NCBI GenBank assembly: GCA_964019425.1
Contig: OZ025784.1
Coordinates: 930,001 to 994,000, forward strand
DNA: 64,000 nucleotides
DNA from: Flectonema sp. DT1601
Taxonomy: Eukaryota
Reading direction: 5' to 3'
How positions within the stretch are numbered: the first letter of the stretch is position 1; each line of letters starts with the position of its first letter. The notes under the pieces are model-generated. The model was given only the letters and a program-made list of their open reading frames with translations, ran no database searches and was not told the DNA's origin. Position numbers and translations under genes: made by a program. Below, piece after piece: positions 42,299 to 51,482 of the stretch.

Positions 42299-45200
42299 AT
42301 GATCGAACCGGGAGCACTTTGCTACTTTGTACATAAAGAAGAACATAGTTGGTTGCTTGGAAATGTGAAATCATGGGATGGCAAGAAGGGAAGCTGTGTA
42401 AGTTCCGATCCCAAAGTCCCAAACATGGTATGCGAAAAGTTAAAAGAAGACGACATTTACCCGATTTCAAAAGACGTTTTGGGTGAAGACGTGAACGACT
42501 TGCTCTCTCTCACGATATTACACGACGCGACTCTTCTCAATTGTTTGAAAATGAGGTACTACAAAGATGTCATTTATACGAATATTGGAGCCATTGTAGT
42601 CGCATTGAACCCTTTCAACTTCAAAATACCGCACTACATGGATGCAGAGATGCCGAAATACCTCGCAGAGGGTGACAGGATAGAAACAAACATTCCTCAC
42701 TCTTGGGCAGTGGCTCACAATACTTACTACGAGATGATGAACGATCAACAAAATCAGTGTATTCTAGTTTCCGGAGAGTCGGGTGCGGGTAAAACAGAGG
42801 CTTCGAAAATTGTGATGAAATACTTGGGAGCGATCTCATCGAAGAGGGGTGAAGACCACCAAAAAGAAGCAGCTCAAGTAGTTGGAAAGAAAATTCAACT
42901 CGCATCTCCAATCCTTGAAGCATTCGGTAATGCGAGAACTGTTCGTAATGACAACTCTTCTCGTTTTGGTAAGTTCATGAAAGTTCAATTCAACGACACT
43001 GGATTCTTGGTAGGAGCGTTCGTTATAAAATACCTCCTGGAAAAGTCTCGAATTATAACAGCGGCGAAGGGTGAGCGGGTGTACCATTCATTCTACTTAG
43101 CGTGCAGGGCATCAACGGAGTTTAGAGAAAAATATAACATCGGAGAAGACAAGACCTACACCTCATTATCATCAGGTAAACAGTTTGATAATAAAGAATT
43201 CAACACACTCGATGACTTCACTGAAGTACTCGACGCAATGGGTGCCGTTGGAATGAACGAAACTGAAAAAGACGGAGTCTGGAGAGCTGTCTGCGGTGTT
43301 CTACATATTGAAAACACTCGATTTGTAGAAGACGGTGAAGGCTCAAAATTAGATGACAAAACAAGCTCATATGTCGATATGTGTACTCAGTGTTGGGATG
43401 TTGACACCGCCACAATGAGACAAGAATTTCATTTCACCACACTAATAGTTGCTGGAACTAAAGTAGTAAGAACTCTTAGACCTGTTCAGGCTTATGATGG
43501 AAGAGATGCCTTAGTAAAAACCTTATACGACGAAGTATTCGGTTGGCTTGTTGTAAAGATCAACGGAACTCTTGACGTGGAAGAGGATTGTTTTCAGTGG
43601 GTTGGGTTGTTGGATATATTTGGATTCGAAGATTTCGATACCGGGAATTACTTTGAACAACTTTGTATTAACTTAGCGAATGAAACAATTCAAGGTCACT
43701 ACAATCAGTTTATCTTTCAAAAAGACATGGACGAATGCAGAGCAGAAGGCATTGACGTTGCATGCATTCAATTTCCAGACAACACACCCTGTCTTCATAT
43801 GATAGCAGGTAAAGGTGGAATCTTAGCGTTACTCGATGAAGAGTGTTCACTCGGAAAAGGATCTGATTTAGGGTTTCTTGATGCTGTGTCCAGAACATTC
43901 GCTAAAACAGAATTCTTTTTAAAAAAAACTCTTGCGAAAAACAGTTTTATAATCCACCACTATGCTGGATCCGTTTCTTATGAAGTTACTGGTGCTTTGG
44001 ATAAAAACAGAGATACTCTGAAAGATGCTTATAAAATTATGATGAGAAACAGTAATCACGATTTTATAAAAGAGTTAATCGCTGCTCCAATTGAGAAGAC
44101 TGGGAAAAGAGTTTCAGTTGGAGGGTTTTTTAAAAACCAACTCAAAGATTTAATGGACCTCATCAACTCAACTAACCCGCATTGGATTCGATGTGTGAAA
44201 CCTCATCCAGCAAAGAAACCGTTAAACTTTCACGGTGTTTCAACTATGTCTCAACTTGGTAGTAGTGGAGTACTCGGTACTGTGAAAATCAGAAAAGCAG
44301 GATACCCCGTCAGACTTCAATTTGATCTATTCTGGCCACGTTATCGAGTCATAGCTCTCTCACATGGTAAGGGTTCTGACGTAACACTTTCCCAATCTCT
44401 GGATGGTTCCAAACTAGTAGTATTCGACATCCTAAGTTGGGACAATACGATGGTTCAAATGGGTAAGACACGTGTATTCCTAAAAGCACATGCTTACATC
44501 GCTCTTGAAAAAGCCAAAAAAGTGGCTCTTGGAGTCAGCGCTATCAAACTTCAAGCCGCAGCCAGATGGAAAACAGTTCTTCCGATAATTAGAAAGAAAC
44601 GATGGGAAGCGTCATGCAGACTGATTCAGTTTGAGTTCAGAGATTTCATGGTCAGGTGTGCAGAGATAAGAAAAGAGAGGGAGATTAGAAGAAAACAATT
44701 GCAAGCACAGCATGAGCAAGAGAGAGAACAATTAATAAGTGAAGGCCTCAATGGAATAGAACCAATATACGTCGAATTCGAAGCTCCACTTGCAAACTGG
44801 AAACATGAAATGGAACAGCAGGCTATTGACATTGAGAAGATGATTGAGCAGTTTGGTGATTCTCGTCAGCTCATCAGAACTGAACACGCATCCGGCGCTC
44901 AGGCGATTGAACTGCAATGTGAGAAAGAGTTTCAAGACCTTCAGAGATTACTACTCGAGATGCTACTCGATTGCATCAGTCTTTCTGAGAATGATGCTCG
45001 CAATGACGTCAAACGGATCGAACGCGTTGAAAGAGAACAATTATATCTCCGATTAGAAGAAGGATTTGCTTTCGTTGATGTGTTGTTGTACATCGAGTCT
45101 GAAGTCGTCGTTCGAGACTCCATCTCTCAACTTGAAAAGGGAGCTCGTCTCGAACTGACCCGTCGTTGGGATATAATGGAAGAAGAGAAGTGTGAATGGG

Positions 45201-46591
45201 ATTCTATGATGGGGGTTCTGTTACCGAAATGTCAGGGTGTTCGGAAGGAAATTCAAAAATATCAGCGTCGGTTGCAAAAACGCGAAGATATCGTCCGAGA
45301 ACGACAAAGTCTGGGAGGCGGTGGTGGCGGTGGTGGTGGAGGTCAATCTGTTGGCTCACCAAGTGGGTCGGGTAGACACTACGTTCAATGTATGCCTGGA
45401 GGTAAACCTGTAATGGTAGAAATAAGTAATCAATTCAAAGACACAAGTAAACCTGCCTGGGTAGGTTCTGGTAACGTCGCTGCATTAGATCAAACACAAC
45501 GAGCAACTGTTAGATCTCGTGAGGACTTAGCGAAGATGATGGCACCCAAAGCACCTCCTGGTCAGCCATCATCTCCTCTCTCAACCTCACCAAAGTTCGC
45601 AAATTCGAGTGTCAGTCCTCAGCGAGGTGTGACATCACCTAGTGGTTCCCCTCGTAGATCTGTTGCAGCGATGCAGTCTCGAATATCAACGACGTCAAAA
45701 ATAAAACCTGCGGCTTGGGAAGAAGCTCCTCGACTGACTTCTGTTGACCCATCGAGTAGTATTGATCATAAGGTATGAGTTATTGAGTTTTATTTATTAC
45801 ATTCTGCTGTCTTAACTTTAAAAAAAAAAAACAGATCGTGGGAGCAGCAGCAGACGCTCTACAAAAGATGGGAGACCAGAACCCAATGTTCAAACCGTTA
45901 TTTATAAGTTCGAGAACGGAAGTAGCTGCACAGCTAAGTTGGCTTAAGGAACAAGGAGCATACAAATCACTAAAATTCATAAATCCTCACGAAGTAAGAA
46001 CTTTGAAACAACTTCGGAGTGCTGAAGCAACTCTTCGAAAATATAAATTTGAACATTGTGAGAAAATGAGAATAGAATTAGCTCGGTTGGATGGGATTTG
46101 CAAGCTCTGTAAAGTACCTGAAAGGCATCCAGTCACAATGCAACACACGAGAATGACAGCTGTTCACAAATCACTAATTGTTAACTACCCTCCGACTACT
46201 GACGTCTTTCAAGTAGTTGAAGAAGTCACTCGACTCTCAACAGCTATCCATGAGCACAAAGAAGAGGTTCTCAGAGTACTTCTTTCAGCTATGAAACAAG
46301 GTCTCATCCCACCTCAGATCGAATAGTATGTACTCAGTCGTTGTCTTCTTTTTATATTATTATTACATCATAATAAACAACAACAGTAAACCATCAAAGT
46401 CTTCACCTCCAGTGACTGATGTCATCAGTGAGAAGGTTCCATATAAACATCTAAAGCTTCATTTAGATAAAAGTATTAATATAACAAAATATGACGTCTA
46501 TGTCAGGTGTACGTCGTGTAATACTTTTTACAGAGAGACTGTCGGGAGGTGTTGGTCATGCGGTGGAACAGCTGAGGAGGAGTTCGCTTAG
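42299..46591 (+). CDS. Myosin heavy chain (resembles euglenozoan class XIII-type), predicted join(42299..45772,45835..46325,46387..46591), 1389 aa, with C-terminal Zn ribbon
   Basis: P-loop GESGAGKT, switch I NDNSSRFGKF, switch II DIFGFE, IRCVKP, two IQ-like motifs and a coiled coil. Two GT-AG introns join three ORFs in frame. The last exon has CTSC-x10-CWSC. The motor domain is certain; the exon joins and class are inferred. Confidence 0.85.
45773..45834 (+). other. Spliceosomal intron, 62 nt, phase 0
   Basis: AAG|GTATGA...aaaaaaACAG|ATC GTG. Removal deletes the stop and fuses in frame to ORF 45838-46326. Confidence 0.8.
46326..46386 (+). other. Spliceosomal intron, 61 nt, phase 2
   Basis: TA|GTATGT...caaCAACAG|T AAA CCA. 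Removal converts TAG to TAT and continues in the frame of ORF 46328-46591. Confidence 0.75.
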
Positions 46592-46867
46592 TCGATTTCG
46601 TCATCTACTGACAGACGAAATAAACACATCGGTAGTATCGCTGGGCAATCTCCTTTCCTCGTATAGTTGTGTTGTGCGTTAGTTTATATATTTCATAGAT
46701 TTACGTCAGGTGTACGTCGTGTAATACTTTTTACAGAGAGACTGTCGGGAGGTGTTGGTCATGCGGTGATACAGCTGAGGAGGAATTTGCTTAGTTGTTT
46801 TCGTTATTTACTGACAGACGAAATAAACGTCAGTAGAAGTGATCCATCTCTGGCAATCTCCTTTCCT
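46499..46867 (+). repeat. Tandem duplication (period ~203 bp) of the myosin Zn-ribbon coding segment and start of the 3' UTR
   Basis: gtcaggtgtacgtcgtgtaatac... occurs at 46502 and 46705; similarity continues to ggcaatctcctttcct in both copies. Confidence 0.9.
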
Positions 46868-47657
46868 AAATTTGATGACCATCCTCCCTCTCAACTTTTT
46901 TCAAACAAATTGTGTAATAATAACAATTGGAAGGCAAACGTTAAAATCAGATTCTCTGTCTGGAGGGAAAAAAAAAATAAAAGAAAAAGTGGGGAAAAAA
47001 AAATAAATAAAGAAAAAGGTGCGATTTTATACCACACTTTTTTATATTTGTTCGTGTCCCTGCGTATAGTTTAAAGAAAAAACTGCAAGTCTTTTTTTTT
47101 TTTTTTTTTCCCCCTTTAGATTTTTTTTTTTTTTTTTTTTACTCTTAGAGCCCACCCATTCCTTTTTTAGGAAAGATGTTGCTTTAGTGTGTTTCTCCCT
47201 TTGTGTATTATGTAAGATCGTGTAACACCTTTCCATCTTATAGAAGTTGCAGTTGGTCCCCTTTACTGGGCGACTCGCAACATTTCAGTTGTGTTTGTTT
47301 TTCTTCATTGTACTCACTAAAATTGTTTTACCTGGGAGAGACAAGTCGAGGAGGGGGAAAAAAAAAAAAAAAAATAATAGAAAAACAGAAAAACAGAATA
47401 AACAGAAATCGTAGAACGAAAAAAAAAAAAAAACAAAAAAAACCAAAAAATAACCGACATCTGTTTGTACATCCGAAAGAAAATACATTCTGAGAAAAAA
47501 CAAAAAAAAAAAAAAAAGGATTCGAGTTAATTTTTATTATTATAAGGCAGGCAGTCCCTTCACTGTTGTAATGAACTCTTCTGATTAGTTCGTTGAATTT
47601 AAGTAAACAAAATTCCTGTCAAAAATGTATCTAAAATTTCTTTAATAAAACAGAAAC

Positions 47658-48302
47658 ATGACATCCACAACAAACAATGAACCAGATAATGAGGAGCTCA
47701 AAGAAGAAGAATGTTTCCGTTCGTTTGTTGGTTGGAAGGAATACATCGACAGATGGAAAGGAAAAGAAATTGGAAACAGTAATTATAAACCTGTCCTAGA
47801 GAGAGTTATAGATGGAAGCCTATCAGCTATCGGGGCTTTTATTGGACTTTTTGTTGTGTGTGTCCTTCACTACAAAAGTGATCCTCTCGAAGGAAATATG
47901 TTCGTCGCATCATTTGGAGCCAGCGCGGTATTGATCTACGCAGCTCCGGAGGCTCCGTTATCCCAGCCTTGGAATTTTATTTTTGGTCATTTGTTGGCTG
48001 CTTTCATTGGAGTGACATTTCGAAATATATTTGGAAACGACTCGGAGTATTATTACGTGTCGGCACCACTTTCTTGTGCAGTTACTATATTATTTCAGCA
48101 TGTGTTTCTTTGTGTTCATCCACCCGGAGGTGCCACTGCGATGATCGCTAATGCGTTGCCAATAACAGCTCGTTGGAGTGGATACTACTTCTTGGTAACT
48201 CCGATTGGTTTCGGTGTTGTCATTCTGACGGTTGTTGCTTTTGTTTTTAATAATATATTCCATCGTAGACAGTATCCTCACAGGTGGGCTGCTTTTTTTT
48301 GA
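47658..48302 (+). CDS. HPP-family integral membrane protein
   Basis: Motifs FGASAVLIYAAPEAPLSQPWN and HPPGGATA, with 4-5 hydrophobic segments. Confidence 0.9.
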   Translation: MTSTTNNEPDNEELKEEECFRSFVGWKEYIDRWKGKEIGNSNYKPVLERVIDGSLSAIGAFIGLFVVCVLHYKSDPLEGNMFVASFGASAVLIYAAPEAPLSQPWNFIFGHLLAAFIGVTFRNIFGNDSEYYYVSAPLSCAVTILFQHVFLCVHPPGGATAMIANALPITARWSGYYFLVTPIGFGVVILTVVAFVFNNIFHRRQYPHRWAAFF

Positions 48303-48934
48303 AAAAAAAAAAAAAAGAATTGGCTTTTTTTCTTAAACTTATACAGAAAACAGTAATATAACACTTGTTGATGTTTTTGTTTGTTTCTTACAATACTTGT
48401 TAAATTGCAAAAAAAAAAAACTTTTTTTAAAAAGTTTTTTTTTCGAGTTTTCGCATCTTATTTCAAATTGCAGTCTTATCATCTCTTCTGTGAGATGATT
48501 AACTTTTTTAATTCCACAAAACGTACAAAAAACATTAAGTTGTTTCGTGTTTTTTTTTTTTTTTTTTTAAATTATCAAAACAAAAAAAACTTCGCGTCTT
48601 TCTTCTGAAAGAATACGTGGAGTGCTTATCCGTATGCCCTTCCTCACATTTTATTCCGTAAAAGGTACTTATTTAAATGTAATCAATGTTTTTTTAAAAA
48701 AAAGAAACATAAATTTTCTTGGCTTCTTAAAAAGCGGAATTACTCTGGTTGGTCAAAATAAAAAAAAAAATAAAGACCCCCAGCAGACAACAGCTTTGTT
48801 CTGTGCGGAAGAGTTAGTTTTAATGCCCGTTGAAGGGTTCAAAAAATAATGTGGTTTTATTTAGAAGGTGAGTTTTTTTTTTATTTTATTAAATTTATAG
48901 TATTTCGTTCTTTACAAAAGAAGCTTTGTTGTTG

Positions 48935-51361
48935 ATGAATTCCGATAGTAAAGGAAGTGGAACTATCTTGGCTGAATCTCTGAAGAAGGGAACGTTACCG
49001 ATATGGTGTAAAGAGTTTGCAGAGGGGAGTTCAACTGGTCGAAGTATGGACAGAGTTCGTAATCTGTTAAAGCAATTGGGATATCGGAAATCATCATTGG
49101 AAGACGAGTCCTTGTTAATGGGATGTAAAATAACATTAAAATCCAATCTAATTCTCCAACTGTCAAACAAACTACTAAACATCGATGAGAACAATAACAC
49201 CTCTATCACCGCAGCAGCTTTATCAGAACTAACTTCCGATTTAATAAAATCGTTGTTGGTATCATCAAAAAACACTCAGCTGTCAGAAACCGCATCCAAA
49301 CTAATTCTACTCACAACAAGGGATATGTTTACTCACATTATTATTCCTGTTTTGGTGTCTGGATCTATTCCGGCACTGGTTGATGGATGTGATAAAATTG
49401 ACGTTCAAAAAAGATGTGAAAATAAAAACAAAACACCTCCATCAGATGCTAGTCAAGTAAAAAAAATAAAACTGAACACGAAAACTGAAGAAGAGCGTTG
49501 CTTGACATCAGTTTTGGAAAGATTTCCAATTCCGATTGGGGAGGTGAAAGGATTTAGTTTCGGAGATCATTTTGATTGTGTTCATCCAAAAAAACCAACT
49601 CATTGGAATACGATTATGGGAATCCAAGGACCCTTAATAGCCGATACAAAGTATGACGGTGAGAGACTCTTAATTCATAGAAAAGGTCAAAATGACTACG
49701 CGTTCTATTCTCGAAACCGATTTCCAATTCCGGAAAAGAAAACAAAAGACATAATAACAGTTCTTGATGATGCTTTACAAAAATTCTCAACTTGCGTGTT
49801 GGATTCGGAAATCATCTCAGAATTCACTTTCGGAGGTGCTGTCGGAGGTATTGACAAAACCACTCTAATAAAGAAACCGCTTCTATTCGTTTTCGACATC
49901 ATGTACTTATGTGAGACCTGCATATCACATGTCCCCTTAAGAGTTAGAAAAATGCTACTTAACCAACTTCTTACTGTCGTCAACGGAAGAATTCAAGTTG
50001 GTGAATACAAAACCGTCAGCGGTACCGCAACTCAAAAACGAGATGTTTTGATGCATTCAATGGATGGGTTGCTTAAAAAACGAATGGAGGGCTTGGTTGT
50101 TAAACCAGCAGACTCTCCTTATGTATTTGGTAACAAGACTACTTGGATAAAGATAAAAAGAGGATACCTTGATTTCACTGACAAGCTACCAACGATCCCA
50201 GCGCAACAAGCTTGTAAAGTTTTTCAAGAATTCATGGAAGGTGAGAGTGATCGATTGTTTGGTAAACGTAGTGATCCGATTGAAGTTGGAAATGTCATCG
50301 CACCGGCGTATGAAAAGGTTGGAAACCTTCCCAACACTGTCGACTGCGCTGTTGTGGGATGTCGATTTAACGATGGAGACAGTCTCCCTGAATCACTGCT
50401 ACTCGGACTCTGGGATCCAAGAAAGTCTAGATTTTGCACACTCTGTTACGCCTCGACTTCTAAGGTTAATATTTCTATTCTAAAATCCATGTGGAAGATA
50501 ATTAAGAAAACGATGTTTCGAATTGACAGGAAGAAATCAAAAGTTCCTCGGCATGCAGCGATTCACGAAAACAATCTCCCAGACATGTGCATTGAAAGTG
50601 CTAAGCGGTGTTCTGTCATTGAGATTGACGGTGAGCGATTTGAAGAGTCTTGGGAGCATAGTTGTGATTTCATCTCTGTTATAAAACCAATTATAGTCAG
50701 ACTCCGTGAAGACAAAGATTTAGGAACTCTAACGCCAATGAACGAACTAATTGAAATGTACACAAACTCCGCAGCAAACAAAACTACTTTCAATCCAAAC
50801 GCTCAGTGTGATGACATCGGTGGAATGAAACCGACTGCTAACCAGCTTCTACTACTGAAACCTGCCTCAGCTAAGCAACTATTAACACTAACGACTACCC
50901 CTTCAATCACTTCTATTAGAGTTCTTACTGTTAGTGTTGCTGTAGTCGGAAGATGGTCACAAAAAGGAGTCATGAAATCTATTAATAAATTATTCGGTCC
51001 TTCAGTTCAGAAATCATACGAACAGATTAGTACGAAATCAAAACTAGGCGACGTCCATTTCATCAAAGTATCAAATTCTGGTAGTGGTGGTGATGTTTTT
51101 GTTTGTTTGTTGTTATGTCAGAAGTACACAAACAACAATCCCGTGATACCTAAATTAGATATTCCGTCTTGGGAACTTTGTATCCGAAAACTCGGTCGAT
51201 TCTGTCAGCAGCAAACAGTTGCGGTAGAAGTCCATTTGGCTGCACCTGCTCCTCCGGTTCCAAATGCAAACTGGGAAGTTATGAAAGAAGTGGTTGAGAA
51301 ATTTATTCTTTCTAAAGAAGTTCGTATTGTGAACTACCTCCCAAGTGATATCGGAGTATAG
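48935..51361 (+). CDS. ATP-dependent DNA ligase with C-terminal macrodomain (ALC1/CHD1L- or TARG1-like)
   Basis: Ligase motifs I KYDGER, III VLDSE, IIIa FVFDIMY, IV EGLVVK, V WIKIK, and an OB-fold ending RLREDK. The C-terminus GRWSQKGV..LGDV..LLCQ..VHL..NW follows the ALC1-type macro pattern. The first ATG is at 48935; an upstream exon is possible. Confidence 0.8.
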   Translation: MNSDSKGSGTILAESLKKGTLPIWCKEFAEGSSTGRSMDRVRNLLKQLGYRKSSLEDESLLMGCKITLKSNLILQLSNKLLNIDENNNTSITAAALSELTSDLIKSLLVSSKNTQLSETASKLILLTTRDMFTHIIIPVLVSGSIPALVDGCDKIDVQKRCENKNKTPPSDASQVKKIKLNTKTEEERCLTSVLERFPIPIGEVKGFSFGDHFDCVHPKKPTHWNTIMGIQGPLIADTKYDGERLLIHRKGQNDYAFYSRNRFPIPEKKTKDIITVLDDALQKFSTCVLDSEIISEFTFGGAVGGIDKTTLIKKPLLFVFDIMYLCETCISHVPLRVRKMLLNQLLTVVNGRIQVGEYKTVSGTATQKRDVLMHSMDGLLKKRMEGLVVKPADSPYVFGNKTTWIKIKRGYLDFTDKLPTIPAQQACKVFQEFMEGESDRLFGKRSDPIEVGNVIAPAYEKVGNLPNTVDCAVVGCRFNDGDSLPESLLLGLWDPRKSRFCTLCYASTSKVNISILKSMWKIIKKTMFRIDRKKSKVPRHAAIHENNLPDMCIESAKRCSVIEIDGERFEESWEHSCDFISVIKPIIVRLREDKDLGTLTPMNELIEMYTNSAANKTTFNPNAQCDDIGGMKPTANQLLLLKPASAKQLLTLTTTPSITSIRVLTVSVAVVGRWSQKGVMKSINKLFGPSVQKSYEQISTKSKLGDVHFIKVSNSGSGGDVFVCLLLCQKYTNNNPVIPKLDIPSWELCIRKLGRFCQQQTVAVEVHLAAPAPPVPNANWEVMKEVVEKFILSKEVRIVNYLPSDIGV

Positions 51362-51482
51362 AATCTCTTCACACCTGTTGTTGTTGTCGTTGTCGTTGGT
51401 TTTCCACATTTATTTACCAAAACTTTTTATATTCACAGCCGATGAATCAAAATATATTATTTCACAAAATGTAATTAAAAAG

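Noticed and set aside
51345..51482. ORF-track N-terminal extensions (also at 48926, 54497 and 55140)
   Set aside because: They use non-ATG starts or run through A/T tracts. Downstream ATGs give cleaner starts, including signal peptides for the last two.
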